DNA of 64,000 nucleotides from NCBI RefSeq assembly GCF_036321535.1, contig NC_087436.1, positions 113,152,001 to 113,216,000 on the forward strand. The letters are read 5' to 3'. Position 1 is the stretch's first letter; each line of letters begins with the position of its first letter. Made by a program: the position numbers and the translations under genes. The notes under the pieces were generated by a model. The model saw only the letters and a program-made list of their open reading frames with translations, did not search any database and was not told the DNA's origin. This document shows positions 24,900-36,944 of this stretch, in pieces. Source of the stretch: Camelus dromedarius. Its lineage: Eukaryota.

Positions 24900-25320
24900 T
24901 TAGTCTCTGCCCCTCCTGCACAGACTGATTAATCAATCATCTTCAACTCTTGTTCTAATGAACTGCCAGGGAGTTATTTTCTTGTTACTTTTTTGTTTAC
25001 AAAATTTTAATGATTCCTCCACTAAAAAAATCCAAACTTTGTGTTTTGGCATTCAAGGATTTCTGTGATCTGATTCCAACAACCAAGTTCTTTTTTCTTT
25101 TTTTTTCCCCTCCAACCAAGTCTTTTGAGCTCATTTCTCTCTTCTTTCTAGACACATGCTTTGCTCTGCCAGGGTGGCTTTCCTGCTGTTTCTCACACTG
25201 TTCTCTTTCAGGCTTTTAATATTCTTCTCATCATCTGGAATGTGCCCCCCTTTCCACCGTCATCAATCCTTAGCCTTCCTTCAGGGCCAACTGTCATGTT
25301 ATCTCCTCTGAGGAGTCTTC
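24900..25320 (+). mobile_element. L2 LINE fragment
   Basis: 'aaatccaaactttgtgttttggcattcaagg', 'ctggaatgtgccccc', 'ccttcagggccaact'. Confidence 0.6.
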
Positions 25321-25324
25321 CCTG

Positions 25325-25530
25325 GGTGAGGGAGACAGAGCATCAGATGGACCTGAGTTTGAGACCATACTTTGCCCCTTACTTCCTGGAAGACTTCAGG
25401 CTCAGTTTGTTCATCTATGATGTGGGCAACACCCACCTTGTAGCCTTACACGGTACACATGGGTTAGCGCCAAGTATTTAGCACAGTTTCTGGTACGTGG
25501 TAAATGTCAAAGAATGTTACCTACTGTTCT
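25325..25530 (+). mobile_element. MIR SINE
   Basis: 'ctcagtttgttcatctatgatgtggg...ttagcacagtttctggtacgtggtaaatg'. Confidence 0.75.
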
Positions 25531-26214
25531 GATCGTTCCAGGGACCTGAGGTCTTTTCTCATTCACTCTGAGCCCCTCTTACGTTCTTTCTTATAAAGCT
25601 AATTTTGCATTTAAATATGAGAACACACATTTTATTTTCTCCACCCAGTTGATAACTCTTTGAAGGTGAGATCGTGTTTTATCAGAGCTTGTGCTGTCTC
25701 ATTGCCCCCTGCACACAGGCCCTCAAACGATAGGCAGAAGCTGACCTTCCGGGTGTGAAAGTCAAGACTGACAGGCATTGGCTTTGCTGTTACATTTCTC
25801 TTCCTTCTGAAAATTAACAATAGGTTTTTTTTGTTTGTTTGTTTTTTCAAAGTCAAATTCCTTTGACATGAGAATCCCAATTGTTGGCCTTCTGTTCTCA
25901 GAAATATGCAAGACAATTTACGACGTGGCTGGGCTGGTGGAAACTGGTAAATTTCAACCAAATCTTGGGAAACTTCATGGGCTTGAAAGCCATGTGGCCT
26001 TAACTCACTGGGCCAACTCAACCGTTTTCCAGCAGCCACTCTGAGCTCTATGGTTTGTGTGATACTCTTTGTGGGGAAAAAAAAAAGTAGTTTCATATTC
26101 TAGTGAGTTAGACAACATTAGATTATAATGCCCCATTCATGGAGAGACAGAGGACACATTAAGAAACTGAAGCATATGAGAAGTCCTGCAGTAAGGACAC
26201 CAGCATCTAACAGC

Positions 26215-26450
26215 TACTGAGAATAGCTAATGTTCACCGAGTTCTTTTATGCCAGACACTTTGCAAGGCCCTTTTCATGAATTCTCTGACTTAATCCTCA
26301 AAATGCCCCTATTTGAATGCATACAATTAGCCTCCCTTAACAGAAGAAGAAAATGATGGTCGAAGGGGTCCAAGTTCGCACAGCAGTTAAGGGGTGGAGT
26401 TGGGATTTGAAGTCAGATGTTTGTGACCCTAAAGCTGGAGTTCTGGTCCT
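26215..26450 (-). mobile_element. MIR SINE
   Basis: 'aatagctaatgttcaccgag...atgccagacac...ttaatcctca...gagttgggatttgaagtcag'. Confidence 0.75.
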
Positions 26451-27179
26451 CTGTGGTGCACAGCTCTTCACTTCCCCAGATTTGTCTGACCAGGAAATAC
26501 TTCTGGTTATCCTCTTGTTAACATCCCATGAAACTGTGATTCCTTGAAATGTACTTGGGGAAACGGAGCCTCCTCACCCCCTGGAAGCAGCCGTGACCTT
26601 TACACCTCTGTGCCTTTCCTCGCTGGCCTCTGCCTGGGTGCTGTTGGCCCTCTAGGCTCTGCCATGACCTCTTACTCCTCCTCCAAGGTCTAGTTCCAGT
26701 GCAGCTAGAAGCTTGCCTTGATTTCAGTGGCCTGTTTTGCAAAGCCCCTTTTTGTGCTCTCCGTACACTTTCTGCACTTAGACTGTTTCCATCTCTCTGT
26801 CAAGGGCCATGTTCAAAGAGCCTTGGTAAAGTTTCTGACTCCGAGCGGACAGGCAGTTAAGGTTTACTGAATTACAACGGCGTCTGTTTCCCAGGCCCCC
26901 TGGAGTTGATTCCCCGGCCTGGGGCTCCTCGAGCCCTGGGTCACAGACTCGGGGTGTGAGACTGTAGCTGGCAACCTGGACTAAGTCCGGTTCAAGCTCT
27001 TTGCAGGGTCAGGCAGCAGGGTTTCCCCGCTCCCTGGCAGCTCATTAGTTAATGCTCGCCTCCCTCCATCTGTCCCTCGCAGATGTTGCCTCGCTCCCAG
27101 CCTCTCTGAGGTGAGGAGGCACGATTAGGTCACATTGGGCCTCTCATCAGCGTCCTTTCTGGGACAACCCTGACCTGTC

Positions 27180-27820
27180 CTTTCCAGCGCGCTGTCCAGG
27201 TTTCATTACAAAGCCCCCCCACCCCGGCGGCTGCGCCTCAGATGAGTCAGCTGGCTTGGGGCTTCATTAGCAACTCTAATTGACTTTTTGTTTTTGTCCT
27301 CTCTGGAGCCTCCTCGGGCCCAGAGGTGGGGCCTGGCGGGTCTGGCTTCCAGAAACGCCGCCAGCCTCGGTGGGAGCCGGTGACGGGAAGCGCGCGCTCC
27401 GTCCCCGGCAGTCACGTCATGCCACACTGCGCATTTCGCGGCCGCACCCATCCCCAGGGTGCACTCAGGCGCCATGCAACCCCCGGCCATCCCAGCCCTC
27501 CCGCTGCCTGCGATGAGGTCATGGGGTGGGGTCCTGGAGACCCCCTCCAGATAGGGTGGGGGCTACCCCAACCGGCCTGGGAATGGCCGAGAGGACGAGG
27601 AGGAGGAGAGGGTAATAATCTCGTCTGTCCAACCTACTGTTCCCTCTCTCGAGGTTGCATGGCTGGCGTGGATAGACGAGGAGGGAGACAGCGAGAGGAG
27701 ACAAGACCTGGCAAGGACAGGGACAGGGAACCGGCAGGCACGTCCCTCACCCCCTCCGCCGACAACTGCGGATGGAGAAAGGCACTAACGGCTTCGCTCC
27801 GCACCTTCCCCGTTTTCTAC
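27180..27820. promoter_or_regulatory. Small CpG island-like element
   Basis: 21 CpG in 27301-27520; AP-1 TGAGTCA 27243-27249; CRE/E-box hybrid GTCACGTCAT 27411-27420; GCGGCCGC 27438-27445. Confidence 0.7.
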
Positions 27821-29092
27821 AGTCATGTCCTTCCCTCTGATCTTAATCTTTTCCCTCCCACTCAGACCACAAAAGGCAGGGGAGCCGCTGTAATCCACTT
27901 GCCATAACTATAATTTGACACACAAGGAAAAATATTCCAGAAACATCGACAGCTGGTACCGCAAAGCAGATAGAGCCCTTTGCGCCCCAAGAACGACGTC
28001 CCCGGCACAGCACCCCACATTCTCAGCCAGGCCTAAAGGGCTTGTTGCTAGAGTTGCTGCAGCAGTGGGTTTCACAGACTGCGGTCGCCAAGGTGTCCCA
28101 AACCGCTCAGGCTCCAGCAAACTCATAGGCTTTTTTAACCTCTGCTCGTGAGTACAAATGTGTGCGTGAGGAATGATGTGGGCTCTGTTAAAAATTGCAG
28201 CCTGCAGGAAGAATTTGCAGATTTCTGTGGATATCTAGTGTTTTTGCACCTGGAATTCTGCCTCGGAGAGATGGGAACACTGATAGCAGAGACTTTCTTA
28301 GGGAAACAGGAACAACACATCTCGCATTTAAGTGCCTCTCCACCGAAAACCACAAGATGCTTCTCATATGACCAATGCATAGGAAAAACCAAAAACATCT
28401 TAGCTTCTAGGCTCCCTACCTGTTTCCGAGGCACAATCGAGGGGACCCCATCACCCCATTCAGATGATAGCCTTGACAGTCAATCTGACTTCACAGACTT
28501 GGAGCTGAACTTTTTCTTCCCCCAGGACAGAACATCTATAACGTTCTCTCGTGTCATTACAAAGGAAAAGTCAAACGATTTATTCAACTTTTAAAAATAT
28601 GCCGCAAAACAAGTTTATAAGTCAGAGTAAGCATACTTCAGAGAATTTCTGGAATGACGTTAAAATCTTCCATGGGGAAGATTTCTGAGTTAATAGAAAG
28701 ATCATGGCTCCAGAAGTTGAGCTGCATATAACGGGATAAGAAAACATAGATACTCGGACCCTGGCAGTAAATGAGCCCATCACTGCGCTGGCGAATGCTA
28801 GGCGCGTCAGATTGGAGATTTTGAAGACCCGCACACATTTTCTGAGCGAAATGGCATCTTTCACACAAAGATCGTTCACAGAGGTTCCTGCCACAAGCAG
28901 AGTAGAAAAGTAGGAGAAAGAGTTACCGCGGAGGTTTTCTGACCTCTGACTTCTCATTTGTTGACATACTTTCTGCAAGTTCCCTTTTTCTCTGCAAGTA
29001 GCTGTCTTAAATCCTGCCAGTAAGTATTGTTGACAAAGACCATATAGGAGGGAAAAATAGGAAAAAAAAAATCAATGAAAATAGAAGCTTAC

Positions 29093-29360
29093 CTTTTCTA
29101 GGCATTGCTGTCATCAGACTTTCCCCCAAAACATGAGGCTTTCTTGCTTTGGCTGTTCCATGGATTTAGAAACCATTAAAAAAGTTTAAAGCAGAAATAT
29201 GTGTTTATTATTCAAAGCTGCTTCAAAACAACCCAAAAAATGACTTGATGAAAAATAAAGTTCTCGTCTGCGCACGAGAACGCGTTTGAAGCCTGGAGCT
29301 CATGCTGTTGTACGAGGTTTTGCAACTGTCTTTCTCAGTTTAAACAACCTCCCGCTCCTC
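29093..29360 (-). other. Candidate 5' (first) exon of an unidentified minus-strand transcript; 5' boundary uncertain
   Basis: Strong donor AAG|GTAAGC at 29093|29092; repeat-free, CpG-retaining surroundings (27.2-29.4 kb); TATA-like sequence near 29376-29390. Confidence 0.45.
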
Positions 29361-29994
29361 CCAGGCACTTGCCAACTTCTATAATTTAAAGCAACTGCGA
29401 TCATTCCCATAATACTCACATTTCAAAGAGCTTAATATATACTCTCGTTAGCAGTGAGTGGGAGTGGGTGACGTTCTTCTGCAAACCCCAGACTGAGCAA
29501 ATGAGAAGCAAAGGTTTCAAATCCCTAAACAGTTCTATTTCTCTCTTTTATCCACGGCTCTTCTCAACGTGTGACTTCAAATTGTTTTTTCCTTTTAAAG
29601 TGTTGCCTTGAGACTAAGTGGTATCACTTCACTTGGAAGCAAAATCACATAGGAAAGTTTAAGTCCCTGCTTCTGGAACAATGATGCTAATGAAATTGTG
29701 TTTAAACATCACTTTTCCTGACACAATTATTTCCAAACAATTCCTTCCTAATGTATCTGTTTGAAAATTTAAATTAGTGTAAGCTATGTATTCATAAGAG
29801 GGGAAATATCTAAATTGATGTTATTTGCATTGGTTTTATTTTAACCTTCATCCTGTATGCAAATTATAACCTCTGGGAAGGATATTTTTTTTTGTAGTCC
29901 ACCCGTGTACCTGAATAAAATCTCTGACATTAAGTCTGTAACCAATGTTAGCAATTTTTACTATTTCCACTACCCTTCTGCAAATGGCATTAAC

Positions 29995-30052
<58 letters not shown>
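29995..30052. repeat. Compound microsatellite (CT)13(CA)16
   Basis: Direct count. Confidence 0.97.
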
Positions 30053-30053
<1 letters not shown>

Positions 30054-30119
30054 GCATTTGTGAATCAAAATTTCAGCCATCTTAAAGTGTGGTCAACTGA
30101 AAATGGTGATTTCAAAAAT

Positions 30120-30200
30120 ATTTGTGGTCTATCTTAAAGCAGGTCTTGCTCAGTGCCTGATAGATAATAAGTGCTTAATAAATATTTACTGAATGAATAA
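30120..30200 (+). mobile_element. L2 3' end
   Basis: 'cagtgcctgatagataataagtgcttaataaatatttactgaatgaat'. Confidence 0.75.
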
Positions 30201-30914
30201 AGTAGTGCATAGGTTGAGATCAACCAACAGTTTTGACAATTTTGGTTTGCATGTATGTTCCCATTAGGGAACTTGTACAGAGAGTAAATATAGAACAGTG
30301 CGTACCTCTGCCAGATTTAAAGAATGGTTATAATGGAAAAAAAATCCCCTAAATGAATACAGAAAACATTCATTAAATAAATAAACCATTCAGTGGAGAA
30401 TAGAAATGTTGACACAAGCCCCATCCATTAAGTAAGCTCACTGTGTAAACTTAAGCAAACAGATTTCAAGACAAAAACCTCATTCATTATTTCAAAACCT
30501 GTGGATTATTTTCCACTGTGTTTTTGAGTCATCTTAAGTAACTGTTACGCTCTGGACAGAGAATAATACTTCTGAAAGTGCGAAGAGAGAAAGGATCTGA
30601 AACTACAGGGAAACGGTCAGGTTTCAGATTTCTTTTGCTGTAAAAGCACAAGAAAACGGTGGAGCGCACTTTTGCTCTGGCTCCTGCTGAGGGGATGTCT
30701 GGAGGTACAAGCACAGGTAAGTGTCGTAGACTTGGGTCCCAGATGTGTGACCTTGGATGTATTCATTTCTTTACGTGTTGATTCCTTAATTGTGAAAGAT
30801 TAAATACAAATATGTTAAAACAACCAATTGCATAAGTGCACTTAGTACTGCCTTTTCCAGTCATATTAATAAGCCCCTCACGATGTGTAAGGTACTTAGG
30901 AAGACCTGTTTCTG

Positions 30915-32393
30915 AGTCACTATGGTTTATCACAGCACCCAGCGTTATGTCCCATGACCAGTGCCAAAACTGGTAATGGACTTGGGATGCTGCTCTTACA
31001 AAATCCTAATGGTGGCATCCGCGTCATAGTCAGGGGGTGGGTGGCAAGGAAACTGATGCTAAAGGCCAGAAAGGTGCAATGCCGTGTTTTACGGTGAGAA
31101 AACATTTGGTGAAACTGACACCTGCCACGACTTGGGGTGCCTTTGTGCCAAGTAACCTTGTAGCTCTTGGGGGGAGATGAGGAGGGTGGCAGGCGAATCA
31201 CTAGTCGTGTGTGTGGGCCACTACTGCCTGCATTTGGCAAGGGGTTTCATGAATGAGATGAGCCTAGGGAAAATTGCTCAATTACAGACAGAAGTGAAAG
31301 GGAATAGAGAAGTAGTAATAAATCTGATGAATGGCAGGAACCCACTAATTTTTCTAGGGACTTGTATTGCTAAAACAACCATAAGCCCATATGAAAAATG
31401 TCTTGAAAGACTGAAAATCACTTCTTCCACTAGCAGGAGGTGGACTTTTGTCTGCCTGGAGAGCCAGCTCCCTGAAATACACCAGAGAGATGGACACGGG
31501 GACCCTCTCAGAAGGAAGAGCTGCTGGCCATGGAGAAAATCGGACAAGGGGTTTCCCCGAGAGAGCAGACCCAGGGCTGTGTCCAGAACCTTCTCCACCC
31601 ACAAGGCAGAGAGCCTTTACCGTGTCTGCCCGGTCACACGCAGTATCAATGGCTGCTTGTGTCTCCCAGTTTTTCCTTTTTTTGGGTGGGAATTTTTATT
31701 GTTGTTACCCTATTGCTGTTATACCATTTGTATTTTGTGTGTGCGTGTGTGTGTGCGAGAGAGAGAGAGAGGGAGTGAACTTGTCCATCACAATCCTTTT
31801 AATTCCTAGGACACTGGTTCAAAAGATGCCACATGTACACTTATGACAAGAACTTCACAGAACCCGCACGTCCTGGATTTTGAGCTGCTTGCAGTGACCA
31901 GATGGAAGTTAAGGTTGTTTCCTTTGGGGAGGTGTGTTCTGTGTTTGGAAACAGGGAAGGAAATAGATATTTGGTGCCCGGAGGGGAAACTATGGCGGAT
32001 ACTTTGTGTCTACCACGGTCTGCATTTTTCCTTACCATCTTCCAGACTCTCTTGTAGTTCATCTGACCCCGTGGCTGATTTCAGGCCAATGAGATGTGAG
32101 CAGAAGTAGCGTGGATTAATTACGGGCGGAGGTAGCTAGAAACGGATGTACCTGCTCCACATTCTTTCTCTCTCTCCTGTCTACGTAGCAAGAAGCAAAG
32201 GACTCAGAGGTGTTGGAGCCCCATCATAAAAGGAACCCTACATCCCAAGACATCTCTTAGAAGATTGCTACCCAGGAGAGCTGCCTGACCCGCATCAGAT
32301 GTTACTGAATAGCGTACAAATCTATACTGCGCTCCCACACTGAGTTTGGGGGTTTATTTCTCAGTGTTAGCTAGTGTCAGTTACTCTAATACA
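30915..32393 (+). mobile_element. MaLR (MLT1I/J-like) element: 5' LTR remnant, internal region (about 30963-31990) and 3' LTR (31991-32393)
   Basis: Internal start 'aaactggtaatggacttgggatgctgctcttacaaaatcctaa' and 'catttggtgaaactgacacctgcc' resemble MLT1-int; polypurine tract 'ggaggggaaac' precedes the LTR; LTR ends 'ctaataca'. Confidence 0.7.
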
Positions 32394-33164
32394 GATCACG
32401 ATTTTGAAAGATTCTGGGAAGACTGAGGTGAGTAATAGATGTGAAGAATGCAGAACAGGGCCTGACACAGTAATGAGTGCTCGACAAACGAGAGTTCTTT
32501 TATATTATCCATAATTTCCCACTTCCTTGCTCTTGCAAAACGAATCTGGCTAAATGCCATTTGTGAGCATTTCTATAAATTTACGGTTTATAAGTTGCTA
32601 ATTGTGTGCTAGTGGGCAAAATAAATTGGAAACCACGGAAAGATTAGTGACAGGAATAGATGTTGAAAACAAAATTTATTCCCCGTCTTTAAAAATATAT
32701 GCGTTTATTAGGAAAATCGTCCAATGGCTTACTGTTGGATTTTACAAGCAACCTTCAAAGCAGAGGATAAAGAAAGTTATAAATTCCAAGTTACAAGTTA
32801 AGTACTCTCCTTAGCATTTAACTGGTATAAACTCCACTATACTCAAACATTTGTTTTACTGTGTGTACAGAGCAAGGCTGTTATCCTGACATCGACTGTT
32901 CCAGGCTGCTCCTCAGGAGAGATGGGTAAATATCTCCTAAATGCTGGTCAAGAGCTCATTTTTCTCAAAATTGCCCTCTACTCAGGCCATGTGTTTTTTA
33001 TACTGACTTTGAGCATCTGTAAGTAGAGGTACAGAAGGCCCTAGTTGATATATTTTGTTTCTACCTCAGGTATTTTGAAGAATTCCCCATAGACATGTTG
33101 CTTCCTTTATTCCACAAACTCTTTTAAAAGAGACTTTTTTCCTTCTACTATTTTAAAGCAACAG

Positions 33165-33410
33165 CAACAATAATTACAAACATTTGTTGAGCACTAACTA
33201 TGTCCTAGGAACTGTTTTATGTGTTCTGTGAATGTATTAACTCATTTTATCCTTTTAATGATCCTATAAGGTAGACACTAGCAATTTACTCATTTTATGG
33301 TTGGGGAAACTAAAGCACAGAGAGGTTAGGTGACTAAGTATAGGTCACACAGCCAGTAAGTAGCAGAGCTGGGATTTGAACCTAGGTTGTCTGGTTCTAG
33401 ACCTGAATTT
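33165..33410 (-). mobile_element. MIR SINE, well preserved
   Basis: 'ggaaactaaagcacagagaggttaggtgact...ggtcacacagccagtaagtagcagagctgggatttgaacctagg'. Confidence 0.9.
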
Positions 33411-33504
33411 TTCTTCTTCTTCTTCTTCTTTTTTTTATTTTAATGGTGGTATTGGGGACTGAATCTAGGACCTCGCACATGCACTGAGCCATATCCCCGA
33501 CCCC
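33411..33504 (-). mobile_element. Camelid-type tRNA-derived SINE, internally deleted, inserted in a MIR
   Basis: 'ggtattggggactgaatctaggacctcgcacatgc/actgagccatatcccc'; TSD agacctgaa at 33399-33407 and 33505-33513. Confidence 0.75.
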
Positions 33505-33999
33505 AGACCTGAACTCTTAAATGCTGGTGAAAACACATTCTTCATGCCAAATAAAGAGCATATACTTACATAATGTATTTTCCTTAGCATCCGTTGCTTT
33601 TGAGATAAGCACAGATTCCCTCAGAAAGACACTCTAAATTCTTAGAGGCAGCAGGTTGTTATTCTTGGAAAACACCCACTTCCCTATCTGAATGTGCTTA
33701 TAAAGTTTGAACATTTTTCATATATTAAGCTTTATGCTCTTATAGTTGAATGTATTTCTTCTCCTTTGCATACATAAAGCAGCCAAGTTTCAAATTATAT
33801 TCTGAAACCCAGGTGGCTTCATCTGGATTTTATAATAAAGTCTTTGCTGAATTTTATCAAACATGTGAAGACATCAAGCAACAGGCTGAAGGAGAAATGA
33901 GTCTTGCTGGGAAACTTCATCTTCCTCTTGGAAGACGTTATTGAAGTTTGGAGATTGAAGATCAAGTAAAATGTTACTTATGGAGAGTGGTAGGAAATA

Positions 34000-34338
34000 C
34001 AGGCACCCCTCAGTACCCATGGGGATTGGTCCCAGGGCCCCAGCAGATATCAAAATCTGAGGATGCTCAAGTCCCTTACATCAGATGGCAAAATATTTGC
34101 ATATAACCTACACACATCCTCCCTGTATACGTTAAATCATCTCTAGAGTACTTATAATACCCAGTACAATATAAATGCTATGTAAATAGTTGTAAATTCA
34201 GTGCAAATGCTATGCAGTTACTGGTGTGCAGCAAATTCAAGTTTTGCTTTTGGAACTTACTGGAATTAAAAAAAAAATTTCTATCCATGGTTGGTTGAAT
34301 CTGCAGATGTGGAACCCGTTGATATGAAGGGCCAACTG
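34000..34338. mobile_element. MER2-family Tigger MITE with TA target duplication
   Basis: ta-CAG...CTG-ta ends; 'gatgctcaagtccctta', 'atttgcatataacctacacacatcctcc', 'ggttggttgaatctgcagatgtggaaccc'. Confidence 0.9.
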
Positions 34339-34679
34339 TAATTCAGTCCCAACTTCAAGGTGCAGCCACACAGGAGGTTCTGACCTTCTCCAGATGGTCA
34401 GATGGTGCACGGATGTGTACTATGGGATCATCACTGTTGGGTCTCAGAGACACAGATGGGGCAGAAGCCATTTCTCTGAGTTTGCTGTCTCTGGCTCACC
34501 TTTCATGGATTTTAGTCACGGTGAGAAAAACTGAAGGCCCCTTCTCGCTTTCTTGGTCACATAAGGTGGCAGATCAGCTTACTGAAAATAGTCAAAATTT
34601 GGAAAGGAGACAACTTATTTGTAGATCACAGGATCACAGATTTGGAAGAAGACTTGAGGGTGTTTTAATTCACTCTCAT

Positions 34680-35252
34680 TTTTTTTTAATTGATATAGAG
34701 TCGATTTACAATGTTGTGTTAATTTCCAGTGTACAGCATACTGATTCATTTATACATATATATATTCCTTTTCATATTCTTTTTCATTATAGGCTATTAC
34801 AAGGTATTGAATATAGTTCCCTGTGTTGTATAGTAAGACCTTGTTGTTTATCAATTTTATGTATAGTAGTTAGTATCTGCAAATCCGGAATTCCCAATTT
34901 ATCCTTCCCCACCCCCATAACCATAAGTTTATTTTCTATGTCTGTGAATCTTTCTCTGTTTTGTAAATAAGTTCATTTGTGTCCTTTTTTTTTTTTTTAG
35001 ATTTCACATATAAATGACATCATATGATATTTTTCTCTTTTTGGCTGACTTCACTTAGTATGATGATCTCTAGGTCCATTATTTGAAATAATGCAAATGG
35101 AATGATTCCATTACTTTTTATGGCTGAGTAGTATTCCATTATATAAATATTTCACAACTTCTTTATCCAGTCATCTGTTGATGGACATTTAGCTTGCTTC
35201 CATGTCTTGGCTATTGTAAATAGTACTGCTGTGAATGTTGGGGTGCATGTGT
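34680..35252 (-). mobile_element. L1 3' region (cetartiodactyl-type), antisense
   Basis: Poly-T start, 'gatttacaatgttgtgttaattt', 'tttatggctgagtagtattccatt', 'tgcttccatgtcttggctattgtaaatagt'. Confidence 0.92.
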
Positions 35253-35269
35253 AAGAAAAAACACAGCTT

Positions 35270-35710
35270 TTAAAGCAACTTTTTAGTGACTTTTAAAATA
35301 GCAATCATTTATTATTCCTCATGATCTGTGAGTTAATAGGCAGTTCCATTGATCTTGGCTGTGCTTGGCCAGGAAGTTCTCCTGGGCTTGGCAGGCACTC
35401 CCTCCTATGTCTTGTGGTTTTCTGGCTGTTGGCTGATCTAGGATGTCCCTGACTGTGGCAGGTGACTCCATTCCATGTCTTTCATTCTCTAGAATAGTCT
35501 GGACATATCCTCAGGTAATTTTAGTCTAAGAGAAGAAGTTGAAATATGCAACTCATTCAAGTTTTTTGATTGTATCAAGTTTGCTATTGACTCATCGGCC
35601 AAAGCAAGTGGCATATGCCAGCCCAGGGTCAGTGTTAGAGTCTACCGAATTAGATATGGGTACAAGAATGTGCAAAAGTTTGTATCATGGGTGCAATTAA
35701 TCTTCCACTA
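35270..35710 (-). mobile_element. MaLR LTR (MLT1F-J-like), antisense
   Basis: 'caatcatttattattcctcatga...ggctgatctaggatg...ggccaaagcaagt'. Confidence 0.6.
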
Positions 35711-36944
35711 AGGGGTAAAATATTCCATTTCTTTCCAAAGAAATACTTGATTCAAAGAATGTTTATTTTTGAGGCACATATTATGGGACAAATATTGTAC
35801 AAGGTAGGATTGGGAAGAGGCTCTTTTAAGGTAATGACACTTATGAGGAGAAAGGAAATATTTCTGCCCCTCTGCTCACATCTCATCTTCAGCCCATGGG
35901 AAAGAAAGAGATAATACTACTGTTTTCTCTTTCCATAATCTTCCTTTCCTGGTCTAGTGGAGAAACAGTTGGGTCAAGATTTGGTATGGTTGGTCCAAGA
36001 CCGAAATTTACTGAAAATAGTTCACTAGCCTCTACAGCTTGAGCTCTCATCTGATTCTGTGGTAGATCAGGGAACAACCTCTGTCTTCAGGGCTGGGCAA
36101 TTGTTTTGTTTTACCCTTTCACTTCCTCTGCCCTCCAGTGAGTGTGTGGTTTTCAATTTTCTGTTTCCATGTAGTAACAGGAAAAGTCATCTGCCCAGAG
36201 GTGGGTCCGCCATTCTTTCACTCTGTGTTAGACTTTTGGCCCATACAGTTGATTAAGTAAGTGGATACAGTATCAAGTGTGTGGATTTGTGGGTGGGAGA
36301 TGGAAAGTAGCAAAGCTCACTTGGAATTCGAAGTATAAACCTTGTGCTTCAAGACTAAGCATGAGAAAAGATCAACTTTTCTTCTCCTTGGCCAGGGTGT
36401 GGTATGAATGGGCACTTGCAAAGCTATTACTTTATTCCCCACTTGGCTACTAATTCTGACATGCATAGTTCTCTTGTCCTGGCAAAGCGCTGCCTGCAAG
36501 AACACCCAATGCTTTCAAGCTGTAGTCATTCATCTCACTCACAGGATACTTATCACTTTCTGCTTAATGTCGTGGTTCTTTATGTGAGTGGCTTTTTTTT
36601 TTCCCATAATGAAGTATAAGTTTCTCAAAGGCTGGGATTATGTCTTTACCTTCCTTGTAACTTTCTATTATCCCCATGGTGCCTCACGTAATACCTTGTA
36701 TTTATGTGCATACTTAAAAAAAGTCCTGCCAAATGAAACCACATAAGGGTAAAACCATTGGAAAGGTTACATCGTGAAAATGTGGACAGAGGTACGAAGC
36801 TGATTTAAGGTGTGAGTGTATGCTTTTGTCCATTTTCAGACAGTTGTGAAGTGCTACCAGGTGCAATGCTTGGGGCTGGATGTTATCATATTGTGAATCC
36901 TAACAGGGAAGGGAGAGACTGTGAAATTGAAATGGTTACATTCT

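Noticed and set aside
27326..27907. 193-aa plus-strand ORF
   Set aside because: GC-rich island DNA depleted of stop codons; non-ATG start in the track; G/P/R-rich with no recognisable domain
28148..28978. 148-aa (+) and 118-aa (-) ORFs near the candidate promoter
   Set aside because: No recognisable homology, alternative start codons and no convincing flanking splice sites; probably intron 1 sequence
29260..29281. Possible iron-responsive element or histone stem-loop
   Set aside because: The loop is not CAGUGN, there is no bulged C, and it does not fit the histone 6-bp stem/4-nt loop consensus
31177..31809. 210-aa ORF, the longest in the window
   Set aside because: Lies in MaLR internal sequence and reads through a (TG)n(GA)n microsatellite
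34413..34970. 185-aa ORF
   Set aside because: Its second half is antisense L1 3'UTR, with the same peptide motifs as ORF 22-303
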